A stretch of DNA of 63,057 nucleotides, the filler included, from Reticulomyxa filosa (lineage: Eukaryota; Protista; Foraminifera): the NCBI GenBank assembly GCA_000512085.1. It is 22 parts of 22 records of this genome, joined end to end, with 100 filler letters (N's around TTAATTAATTAA, not from the genome) between each part and the next. Parts side by side here need not be neighbours in the genome. Positions count along the whole stretch, not along the records: positions 26,033 to 28,398 come from ASPP01008012.1; positions 28,499 to 30,437 come from ASPP01004227.1; positions 30,538 to 32,283 come from ASPP01046632.1; positions 32,384 to 33,459 come from ASPP01024026.1; positions 33,560 to 39,027 come from ASPP01023539.1; 17 more parts are not named here. One strand, 5' to 3'. A program made the translations under genes and the position numbers. Of the stretch, positions 27,391-39,127 are shown piece by piece; position 1 is the stretch's first letter, and every line of letters begins with the position of its first letter. The notes beneath the pieces were generated by a model, which worked only from the letters and a program-made list of their open reading frames with translations, did not search any database and was not told where the DNA came from.

Positions 27391-28313
27391 ATATTTATAT
27401 TAGCATTCTTCTCCTTTAATATAACCAAACTTGCAAACATTCCACGACTTGATCGAATTCAACTGTTTGTGTAACAGCGACATGCCGATCTCCTGAAAAG
27501 CGGACAATGGGCCAACACCCTCGTTGCAAGAGGATATCTCGGATGTGATCGTGCGGACTATGGATTTGCTCTTTGAAGATCGACTGCGCCAGCTCGCTTG
27601 GAAATGCGTCGAGCAAGTCTCGCAACGCGGTGAAACCTTGCGCGTTGTCTTGAACCTTGTACACGGTCGGTGCATTGGGTGGCTTCTCCATCGATTGCTT
27701 GAATGACAAAAAGCTGCTCCACATGTTCGTCATCTCGTCACTGTTATTCGTTCCGGCACCGCCTCCTGTAGGGCCTCCTGTCATTTGCATCGCCAATGTC
27801 ATCATCTCGTTCATCATCTCTTTCGCCTCTCCTTCTTCTCCAATGTCCAACTCTTCACTCCCATCGCTGTCGTCATCAGGCGTCTTGGGAAGCTACGCAC
27901 ATTACAGTACAATAAACAAAACAAAATAAACAAATAAATTTATTTGTTTTGTTTTGTTTTTATTTGATCTCTTTATCTTTCTTATCTCACTCTCTTTTTT
28001 TTTTTTTTTGTTTGTTTTAAAAAAAAAAAAAATAAAAATAAACCTGGCGTGTGCGATCAACGCTCATGTCACGATCAGACTCTTCACTGCCTCGATGCTT
28101 TCGGACAACAGAGCCAGTGCTATCGTTGTCCTTGTCACTGTCCACATTGTAGCCGTCGTCATCCAAAGAAAAGTGTATTTTGGAAGTTCGCGACACATGC
28201 AGCTTGTAGAAGGCCTTCGGGTCAACGCCCATTTCCACTTTCTTCTGGCCCGTTTCGGTGTCCCCTCCTTTCAACTCTACGTAAGTGGTGTTATTTTCAC
28301 TGGCTTCTTGCAT
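26203..28313 (-). CDS. Ycf45/SpoIIIAA-like AAA+ protein with degenerate Walker motifs (partial)
   Basis: LRDLLDAFP..IRDILLQRG..RLHQVTAVIRDR..TALSFRIGR..SMLLLGPNTAEKAAMTRELTR..LVDTRSTIAGFGD..QHQVI..PQVVVVGEV..RVYKNVPEAV is collinear with ycf45 (LLLGRPGVGKTT, IDTSNEIAGDGD, PEVIIIDEI). There is a frameshift in a G-rich tract near 26700. Confidence 0.8.
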
Positions 28314-30688
28314 TATCGATGGGCGAGATTGATTGTCTTTGTATATTTGTATACATTTATATTAAATATACCCATTACTCTTTACATTTTTTTTTTTTNN
28401 NNNNNNNNNNNNNNNNNNNNNNNNNNNNNNNNNNNNNNNNNNTTAATTAATTAANNNNNNNNNNNNNNNNNNNNNNNNNNNNNNNNNNNNNNNNNNNNAA
28501 AAAAAAATAGAAGAAAAAAAAAATAGAAAAATTAAAAAAAAAGAAAAAGTATAGTAAAAAAGAAAAAAAGAAAAAAGTATTGAAAAAAAAAAAGAAAATG
28601 TCAACAACTATTGTGATGGCCATATCTTGGCTATGCAAAAATATATTGGAGTCCTGGATGCAATGAAAAAAGCAATCGCAATCCTGATGGCAGCGAAGTG
28701 CAAATGCTGTTAAGCGAAATTTGGTACGGCATATTCTATTTCTAAATGTGGCAATGACAATATGGAGCTGCTAAAGAATTATTGCCTGGTACGAAGCTGT
28801 GGTTAAATAATGGAATGTGGTGGCGTTGAAGATTGATCAAAGACTTGGCATTAACAACATGGAATATTAACATAGACAAAGCAGCGTTAGGTCACATTCG
28901 ATTATGCTATCCAATACTTTACCAATACAAACAATACACCTAAAAAAAAAAATAGTCTTTGGATATGTGGTCCGAGTATGGGTCAAATGTGGAAATGGAA
29001 TTGGAATCCAAGTTCAAAGACTGAATGGTCAACGCGATGATTAGCAGATCGAGCGAAGTTTGGACCAAGATTAGCATTGACGAGTATTTCGAATAGCAGA
29101 TATTTCGTGATCGATTCAACCATGGTGGTGAGTATTATACTTTTCAATTGGTCGACCAAAAGGAAAAGGATCACTGTATGTTCTGCTAAAACACAAATCA
29201 TATGAAGTTAGTAATGTCTCACTCTTTTGTATCAAATGACAATCTATAGTTCGTTCTGTGGTTTTTTTGCTTAAAATTAGATTAGTTGGAGTGCTATTTG
29301 GCATATATTGGCCAAATATAAAATTGGATGTGCAATCAGACAGCCCATGCCGTGTGAATTTTGCGCTTTTTTTGTAAATGCTTGTCTTCAAAATGTATGG
29401 TATTGCTTTGAAGAGATAGACTACTTTCCCGAGACAAAGCTCGAGTAATGACAAACTTGTCCAAGAACGGAGTCAATTTCAAGGATACAGTGCCAACAAT
29501 TATCTGGACTTGCTGTCAAATACAAAATGATAGATTATGAAAGAATTGCGTCACTGGTAACGTTGCCTTTATCACCTTATATGGATCTCGTATGGCCGTT
29601 TCAAAAAAAAAAAAAACAAAAAATGAATTGTCGAGACCTGATATTATTGAATTGAACAAGTGGGCAAAGCGTATGTGCTTAAGTTTGGACTGCCGTTACA
29701 TTTTCTTGGAAGAAATAAAAGTAAAATCCCGCAAAATAAAAAATAAAAAAAAAACCAAGCAATACTGACAAATTGCCGATCGTTGGAAAAATTGGTATCG
29801 ATGACGTGAGTTATGTGTATAGACTTGCTGATGATCCCAATAATGCGTCTACTGACATATCACAAATGGATCAATTTTTACATGACTATCCTCAATCCTT
29901 TTCCAATACCATTGCAAACAATGGAGTCATTATTCATCAATTTTCATAATTGTTTTGAGGCTATAATCGTTTGTTAATATAAATCCTCCCTCCTTCTGAT
30001 CAAGCCTTGGATACCTCTCTTTCTGTTTCTTCGTTGTCAAGCCACGCCGTTTCCAGTGATGTCCCTGTATTTGTGGTCACTCAAATGCTGGAAGGGTCCA
30101 TCCATTGTATCGAATTGAAACAGCTTATTGATACAAACATTGAAGCTTCTGCAAAGATTGAAATAGAAATTGATCTTTAATCCTTGCTGAAGAAATACAG
30201 TGTGTGGCATTGGCAAAACGATAAAAGATATGGACGTGCATACATTCTACAATTATATTAACTTTGTGAGATTTGGTATATTCAAGGAATCTACGGATCA
30301 TCACAAGAAAGTATTATGTCCGGTATCTTTAGTAAGAGTATATACGAGTGAAATAAGCAACGTCCAACTATTTATATTAATTGTAAATAGTGAACAATGC
30401 TTTATATCAATTGCTGATTAATATCAGTATTCGCTTTNNNNNNNNNNNNNNNNNNNNNNNNNNNNNNNNNNNNNNNNNNNNTTAATTAATTAANNNNNNN
30501 NNNNNNNNNNNNNNNNNNNNNNNNNNNNNNNNNNNNNAAATTTCCCAATTACAGAAGGAAATCGCCGATCTTTGTTTAATTATGAAATAACTTTCAAATT
30601 CATTCTGACTATTAGCCCCATTACTTCAGCCTATGCAAAACAAAAAAGAAAACATCAGCAAAAAAACCAGTGACATGGAATTTGATCA

Positions 30689-32283
30689 ATGAATGAGTTA
30701 ATCATTTTCCAAAATAATGCCAACGGTTTTTATTCAAAAACCCAACTGCTGGAGCAAAATCTTCATGCAGTTCGACCACACATACGTCTCCTTCAGGAAT
30801 GTTTCCGGTCGAAGAAAAAGAACAGAGTCATCAATAGTAATCAATTCCAGAATTTGTATAATCAATTCTGGAGTGAAACATGAAGAACATGTATTTTGTG
30901 CAGACGATATTTACATGCAGCTCAAAGATCATTCGCATCCCACCAAAATAAATTCATTACATTAGGTTATGAATCGTGTTGGGTTGAAATCAGCTGTCCT
31001 GGACAAAGAAAATCGATTACGTTTTGTAGTTTTTACAGGAATATACAAAAAACGAACGTTAAGTTTAAATTACAACCAGAAGATGATATTGTTCCGACAA
31101 TTTTGTGTTTTAATTTGTGTTCGTTCGAACATGAAATCGCAGGAGCCAAAAATATCACATAACATGTTATTATTTGTGGTGACTGGAATGTTTATCACCT
31201 AGCCTGGCTGGATCAAAATATTGACAATATCGGAGAAGTTGTTTTAGACTTCACTGTTCAAAATGGACTCCAAATTCTGAACTCCAGTCCATTTGATCAC
31301 ACATTCGAAAAAAGAGGTGGAAAATCATCCATCGATATTTCTCTATGCTCTCTTTCTATCTCAAACCTATGCAGCAACTGGAGGACTGATAACGATGAAT
31401 TGGATCTGGGTTCCGATCATTTACCAATTACATTTAGCATTCGTACCGATTGGTCATCTCCAACGATAAAAAGGCAAAAAATTGAAACATGGAACCTGAG
31501 AAATAATTGGGAATTATTTCGTCAGCTTTTGAAACACAACTTAGAAAAATGGCAAAAACACTGCATCCATATCTCCTCAATGATTCGGAGTGCCTGGATG
31601 CAGCTGTCGAATCATGGACGGAGTGTGTAGTGGATGCAGGAAAAAGACCCATTGGAAAAGACAGTATGGAAAAGGTAATAAGCCTTGGCGGAGCGATTCC
31701 TTGCATAGAATGCGTAAACACACTCATCAGCTCAAGCGTGAATTTCGCAGATGTCGCACTTCATATTTTTATAATAGATACAAGGCAGCAGCTGAACTGA
31801 AAAGAAAACTTAGGAGTGAAAAACAGAATATTTGGTGCGAAATATTCAGTCTCTGCAGGAGGGAAATACAAGGCAAATGTTCTACCAATTCAGGTCAATG
31901 AATTCTAATAAGATTGGAGTCATTCCTGCTCTCATTTGTCCCAGGCAAACAATGGAGCCAAACAGACAATGAAAAAGCAGAATTATTAATATCATGGTTT
32001 GCACAACGCCACAGCCTCCAAACTTTTCAGAAGAAATAAAAGAACATTATCAGTATGTAGAGGATGTAATTGCATCTGCAATTGAATGAAAAAAAAATAA
32101 AATAAATAATTGTGATCAAAATTTGGAATATCACCAAGTAACAATAACAGAAGAAGAAATTATTGAGGCATTGAGATACATTTCGGCATACAAGCCACAA
32201 GGTCCTGATGACATACACAACAGATGTTAAAAAAAGGATGGCAACCAATGATTGACTCTATGTTATTACTTTTCGATTGGAGT
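30689..32283 (+). mobile_element. Degenerate non-LTR retrotransposon (LINE) ORF2: APE endonuclease and start of RT
   Basis: IIFQNNANG, LLQE, ICGDWN.YH..W, SSIDISL, DLGSDHLPITF, KPW, ITEEEIIEAL..KPQGPDDIHN. Several frameshifts; truncated by contig end. Confidence 0.92.
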
Positions 32284-32965
32284 NNNNNNNNNNNNNNNNN
32301 NNNNNNNNNNNNNNNNNNNNNNNNNNNTTAATTAATTAANNNNNNNNNNNNNNNNNNNNNNNNNNNNNNNNNNNNNNNNNNNNTAATCTGCGTACATAGG
32401 CATAAAGTAGCAAATATAATTTTTTTAATGCAAACACATAATCAAATTTCGTTTCTATTTTTTAGGAACATGATTTTCCAAGCTGAAGACACACAATCCC
32501 AAAAATGGCATAGTGCCAATAAAATGAAAAAGACAATTGTTTCGAACAACGCTGATTTTAAAACAAATAGAAAAAATACAATTGTAAGGAGATGTTGTAT
32601 TCGAAAATGCGATCACACGCAACGATCAGCACTATTTGATGGACTACAAAATTAGACCACCGATTTTCTTTTTGTCATCGCTCATAGATGATACTCCAGT
32701 TTAAATTTTTACACAACACTATAAGTATTTTTGAGCCATTTGGTATTATTCTTACCTTTCTTCTGGTTAACAGTTTTACACAATATTTGAAACTTCCAAA
32801 TATTTTACGCTCGGTCATTTCAAAGGTGAATTTACTGCAAATGACACATACACTTTATTTCTGCCACACTACAGGTAACAGACACGAAAGGTACAAGAAA
32901 AAAAGATCAAAGAGGTACAATTAAGTTCAATCCGCAGTACTTTTTGAAACCAGCCATTAGTGATC

Positions 32966-33425
32966 ATGTCTTCCCCCGAAAAGGAAGAATACCATCAATC
33001 CCGCAACCGGGGTTCTATTGAGAAACCAATTATATTGGAGGAGCTATCTGCACTTGATACTAGTGTAAAAGCTAACAAAAGTATCGAACGTCCGAAACTG
33101 ACACGACGTCTGTCCATACCTGCACAAGCGGGCAAAATGTACTAATTTATTGTTTTACGTGTGTGTATCGTGCAGTCTGTACAATAGCGATGTACTTTAT
33201 GCAGCATAAGGGACCCCACGGTGACATTGTAACCTACTTTTTTTTGTGTGGCGATGATTGCACACTGTGGGGTTGTTGAAACAGAGATTTAGGAAATGGA
33301 GAAGAGTTCAGTGAAATAAGCTCTGGTGATCGATTAAAAATCGCACGTCGTATCGAAGATACTTTGGTACAAGAATATAGAGCACATGAAGATAAACCGT
33401 TGAGAACTAAATTATATAATTTTTA
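32966..33425 (+). CDS. 5' part of an unidentified gene
   Basis: MSSPEKEEY...RRLSIPAQAGK, then later SSGDRLKIARRIEDTLVQEYRAHEDKPLRTKLYNF. Frame continuity is unclear. Confidence 0.35.
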
Positions 33426-33561
33426 AAAATTGCACTTTTTTTTTTTTTTTTATGTGTGTNNNNNNNNNNNNNNNNNNNNNNNNNNNNNNNNNNNNNNNNN
33501 NNNTTAATTAATTAANNNNNNNNNNNNNNNNNNNNNNNNNNNNNNNNNNNNNNNNNNNNCC

Positions 33562-33594
<33 letters not shown>

Positions 33595-33619
33595 CAAAAA
33601 AAACAACAAAAAAAACATG

Positions 33620-34256
33620 CTTGGATACATGCAACACTTTATTTCCAATACGGCAGAATCTCCAGCAATATTCCCTAATCCCCAAATTACTTGGTCGATC
33701 GTTTCCATATCGACGTCACTATGCAGCAGTTGCACAAAGCCCTCCAAGCATCCCAATTGCACCAGTTTCTGAGTGTATCGACTCTCGCCACTTGCAATAT
33801 TAGTCAACGCCCTGACAACAAACAAACATGCCCCACATACTTATAAACATGTACATATACATATACATATGTGCATATATGTATATATGTATATATGTAT
33901 ATATGTATATAAAAAAAAAAACAGTACCATGACGCTTCAAATTGCAATTTACATCGCTTTGCCTCTTCTAGAGTTTTCTCAGCAATATTTTTGCATACTA
34001 CTCTTTCAGACACTATGGCAATTAGGAAGGGCACTGCTCCTGACTGGAACACTTGCTCCACTGGAAAATTATCTTCCACGCTCAACAGTTGCCTCACTGC
34101 CTGCACTCCGTGCAACTTTGTGTCCAGATCGTCCGACATTATCTCCTTCGCAAATTTATCCAAATTCTCCACTCTCACCCATGGCGGAATCACCGTTAAT
34201 TCCGTTTTTGTATCCTGCTCATTCACATTCGTCTTCTCGTCCTTTTCTTCAGTCAT
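33620..34256 (-). CDS. Importin-alpha-like armadillo-repeat protein (5' part)
   Basis: VRQLLSVEDNFPVEQVFQSGAVP..LQFEASW, intron, ALTNIASG..DQVIWGLGNIAGDS, which are hallmark importin-alpha ARM motifs. Confidence 0.9.
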
Positions 34257-36162
34257 CTTGCTCAGAACTCTTCAAAAGAACACCGTTGCTGTTATGTTCC
34301 CAATCGATAAAATACAAAAATAATAATGCCACACAATTAAATAACAAATATAAAAGCTCTGACAACAATCAAATACAACGCAAAAATTATTAGAGGTTCA
34401 TGCTTTCTTCTCTGCCCCCTTTTTTTTTGATTAAAAAAGGGAAACGAACTATAATGCTAAACGTTTGTTAGCATTATCACTTTTCATTAAATGTTTATTT
34501 TTCATGGAGAAAATATATTCTCTTCATAGAGGTGCCACTTATGTATTGCAATTTTTTGCAATCTGAGAATCTTATATCCAATAGCCGAATTGTACAGTTT
34601 TTATCAATATAAAATATATCAATTTATACACTTTTTGACATAGTTGCACATTCAATATTTCATTGTTTCTCCATATAATGATGATACAATAATTGGTTAT
34701 ATTACAAAAACTTTAACTTAGTATGTCTAATAATGCATACAATGACATTTTCTATATGTCCTTTAAGTTTTTATTCTTCTACAATTTAAAGTCACACAAT
34801 AGAATGATTTATCTTATGAAGAAATTCTAAAATAAAATATCTTTTGAAAAATATGCACTATATACAAAATCAAGCAATATTTTCAGTTCTTTTTCATATA
34901 ACATTCCACATGCGAATTGAATATTAACACAACAAAGCAAATGTATTACAATAAAATGTGAAGTTTTATGTACAGACTACGCTTAAATATCATGTAGGGT
35001 AATGCCATACTCGTTGCTAATAAAGTTCAAGTGGAACGTCGAAACACTTTTTCTAAAAACTTTTCAATTACTTCTTTTCCAAAACGTTCTTTGTTCTATT
35101 CTTTTTTCTTTGGTGCCAGCTCATTTTCAAGCTTGTTTAACTTTTTGTTTTGAGGAAATTCACTCGATATAGTGTCCAAACACTTGCAAACTTCTACAAG
35201 GGGAGCGTTCTGTACAGCCTTTAATTTTCGAACTATTCATTATTATAAACATAAAATTCAGATAACATGCATAATAAGTATACAAAACTTTATGCTTGTG
35301 ACAACTTTGTTATCTATTGTAATTACTTTAAATTATTTCAAATATTTTACTATTTGTATGTTTGCTTACTTATTTTATTACTAATCAATCACAACAAAAC
35401 CAGACATTATGTACGATAATTTTATTGAATTTATCAACAATATATGATTTGAAATAATCGAATCTAATATTTCCGCAATTACTTGTTTATTTTTTAATTT
35501 TCAATATTTTTTTCTAACTAGTTGTAACATCAGTTGATTCTATTTTTTGCTTTTCTAATTGCTGTTTAATTTGCATAAGCAAAATCTAATCAATTTATCT
35601 TAAATTCTATTATTTGTTTAATATTTTGTATTTTGAAGTAACACAAGCCTTGGAATTAGGTCACATTTTTTGAACAGTTACGTTTCGATTTCTTTGGGTT
35701 TACACTCGTGACTTTTTTTTCTTTTTAGCTCAATTATGTGGTCTCAATGAGTAGTACTTTTAGTTAAAAAAGATTATGTATGTTTTTTTACTTATTGAAT
35801 AGCAAACGATCATAGCCAATGTTCCATGACTACCATCAAAAATATTGCACTAGCATCAACAGAATTTTTTATTGCTTAGTCTTTTAATTATTCTTTATAG
35901 AAAAGAAGTCAAAACAGGATTACAATTTACACTTTATTCTCAATTAATATGGCGCCATATTTCAACAAATAAACTTTTGATGTCCTTTAAAATCGATACA
36001 TTAATTAATATTACATCAAAAGACTAATATAATTTGAAAAAGGGTAAAAATATTTGTGTTAGGAGAGTGTCAAGAGGTATACTTTCTCAAAAAGAGGAGG
36101 GTCTTGTGTTTCGAAAACAGATTGGTCATTATTGAGAAACGTAATTGCAAACGTGATATAAC

Positions 36163-36975
36163 ATGGGTTGTTGTTGTTGTTGCGGTGATGGCTTTGTCTA
36201 TGTAAGTTTTTGGACAAAAAGAGATGTAGTTCAGCAAAGAAGGCAACAGAAAAAAAGGGGTGTGTAAAAATTGTGTTAATAGAAATTACGTGTAAACGTT
36301 GTTAAAGCCGAAGGACTTGGAGACTATGATGTATTCGGATCTGTAGGTTAAAAGAAAATTGACCACTAAATTCTTTTTGTTTAATTGATTGGACCAATTT
36401 TCTACGATACCTTTGCAAACAGGGTTTGTTTGAATGGAATAAAATGTACAGATGCATTTGTGGAAGTGAAACATAATGGCAAAGAAAAGAAAACAAAAAC
36501 CATTAAAAATAACAAAGCCCCACATTGGGAAGAAATATTGGAATTTGACGGGCATCGCCTTAACCAAGGACGTATGTAGTTTTTAAATTTTCTTTTGTTC
36601 ATTACTATTGTTTAAATTTAAAAAGAAAAAAAGGACCACTAAACAAACAAACAAACAAAAAAAAAAAGCCATAACCTTCACAATTATGGATTGGGATCGT
36701 CTCACCCCAAATGATTTTGTTGGAGAAGCAATCATTGGAGACACATTACCGACTGAATACAACAAAGTGAAAGAATTGAAGGTGTTGTAACAATCAAAAA
36801 ACCTTTTTTTTTTTTACTCGCAAAAAAAAAGAGAATGCACGGATTAAGGGAAGAAAAAAAAAACTATGTGAAAATAATTTTTTTGTTGTTTGTATAGTTT
36901 GATGTGTTCGATAAGAAAAAAGACAAATCAGGAACTTTGACTGTCAAACTCGAATTTACCAGAGATCAAGCTTAA
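36163..36975 (+). CDS. Small single-C2-domain protein with an N-terminal MGCCCCC acylation motif (5 exons, complete)
   Basis: Spliced: MGCCCCCGDGFVY|KLRVNVVKAEGLGDYDVFGSV|DAFVEVKHNGKEKKTKTIKNNKAPHWEEILEF..QG|PITFTIMDWDRLTPNDFVGEA..ELK|FDVFDKKKDKSGTLTVKLEFTRDQA*. All introns are GT-AG and phase-consistent, and the Ca-binding Asp positions are present. Confidence 0.9.
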
Positions 36976-37441
36976 ATCTCACAATGACCTTCTTAGTGAT
37001 GGAAAGGAACACAATAAAACCATAAAATAGTTGTGCATAGTTTTTGTTTGGTTTTTCTTTTTTTGAGAAACTTCTTTTTTGTTCTTCACAATTGACAAAA
37101 ATTGATACGTCTTCTGGGATTTATTTGGTTTGAACAAGTTTGAAAATATCTTTTGACGATGCAAAAAGTGATTGGTCGCTTGTTTTTCTCTTTCAATGAG
37201 AAAAAATTTGAAAATGTTTATCTGTTCTTGATTATGAATGTAAGTACTCACTATCTGTTTGGTTTTTGTCAACCAGATACGTATTTTGATTTTTTGCTAG
37301 GGCACAGGTGCAAATAGCCTCGCAGTCAACTTTTTCAGCAAAGAAAAACTTGATTTTGATCCACAAGAACGCGACCAAGGAATTTCCTTTTTCTTTTTCC
37401 CTTTTTTAAAGTAAATAGTCCGGAAGCAAAGAAATAACATA

Positions 37442-38987
37442 ATGAGCGCGGACTCGCTGTCGATAGCAGCATATGTGTGTTTGGGCGTTTCTTTTTGTTT
37501 GTTACCTTTCCATGTGTATCACATGTATCTCTTTTTCATCAACCGGCACAGTGTGGCCATTCAAAGAAGATATCCAACCTCAGTGATAGTGCTGGACGTT
37601 ATTTTGCTAATATTTTCTTATTGTAAAAAAAAAAAGGGGGGGGCTTTAAAAGATGACAAAGTGATAAAAAGTGGGAAAGAAGGAGAGAGAAGAAGAGGGA
37701 GGAGGGAGGGGAGGGAATTAAAAAAAATTTTTTTTTTTTTTTGAACTAGAATATGGTTGAATGTTGGCACATGTATAACTGTGTATGTTGTATGTATGTA
37801 TGTATATATGGAATGAAGTATACGCTCCTTACCATTTGTTGTTAAGGACAACATCGTCGATTCCAGCACCGGAGTGGAGTTCATGGGTGATCTTTGTGAT
37901 ATCATGTTACGGCGTGTCATGGACATTTTTTTTGCGATCGTGGATGTTGTACTACGATTATGGATACCACATGTCGTTGGCGAACAACGTGTGGATGAGC
38001 GAGCTGGACGCCAATTATCGACAAAACAACTGGTACTTGACGTATCACCGGACGTGGGGTAAGCCCACGTATGTAGCAAAGCGTGTGACCGGTCCAATCT
38101 GGCTGATCACTTCCGGGTTTGTTATCGTGATGGCAACAGTGGTGTTGTCCACACATAGTCTGGACTTTTATGCAGTGTTGACGATCTTCACATTGTTGCC
38201 ATGGGTACTGGTGTGGTGTATACGTTATCAAATGCGATGGATCGAAATGGAAGACTTTTTCCGGATTCGCGTGGAATTGATGGAAGCAGCGACGATGACG
38301 GTGATCGTGACGTGTCTGTATTTCCTCATTGCGTGTTTGAACTTGGCACTGTTGGAAGAGCCACTGAATACCAGACAACGCATCCATGCCCTGATCTTCT
38401 TTCTGTTTTGCACCGTGTGGGGACAGTCGCTTCTGTATATCTCCACCACTTTGGTCGTTCAAAGAAATGTCCAGTATCTACATCAACATGTCGCCAAAAA
38501 AGAACACAGTATGGCTCACCGACTTACCCACGACCCCGTCACTACTGCCGCCGCCGCCGCCGCCGCCGCCGATGCTCAATATCGTCTTTCTGCTATCACC
38601 ACTGCTACTACTGCTGCTGCTGCTGCAGGCACTACTGCAACCGCCTCGTCCAAGGCCTACCAACTCGTTCAAAATAGCACCGCCGCCGTCACTGGCGATA
38701 TACATCGCTTCGTCGATAAAGACATTCCCATCTCGTCATTGCGTCCACCTTGGCCGAGTACATTCAACTTCATCGCGGCTTGGAGATCTTTGCCAACCAT
38801 TTGGTCCGGTACGACTTTTCTTTTTTTTTTTTTTTTTTTTTTTTCCCCATACTTTTTGTTTTTATCAAACCAAGACAATACGCAAAATTCATAGGGAATT
38901 TGCAATGGAAAATCTCATCTTCTTAGTGCAGCTGCATCAATGGAAAGAATACTTGCAGAAGAATTATATGTTCATATCATATTTATA

Positions 38988-39027
<40 letters not shown>
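37442..39027 (+). CDS. Multi-pass (about 7TM) membrane protein with a C-terminal RGS domain (3' truncated)
   Basis: Hydrophobic helices from 37442 to 38460, an Ala-rich linker, then (after a 1-nt shift near 38745) TLAEYIQLHRGLEIFANHLVR, intron, EFAMENLIFLVQLHQWK. This matches RGS F..FL..EFSEENL.F. Confidence 0.82.
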
Positions 39028-39127
39028 NNNNNNNNNNNNNNNNNNNNNNNNNNNNNNNNNNNNNNNNNNNNTTAATTAATTAANNNNNNNNNNNNNNNNN
39101 NNNNNNNNNNNNNNNNNNNNNNNNNNN

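Noticed and set aside
28499-30437. Retroelement gag/ORF1 upstream of the LINE
   Set aside because: Separate contig, with no recognisable zinc knuckle or RT motifs; decayed sequence I could not assign.
33300-33425. K+ channel N-terminus (RTKLYNF, similar to KCNQ VYNFLERP)
   Set aside because: Too short, followed by a stop and the contig end; no TM evidence.
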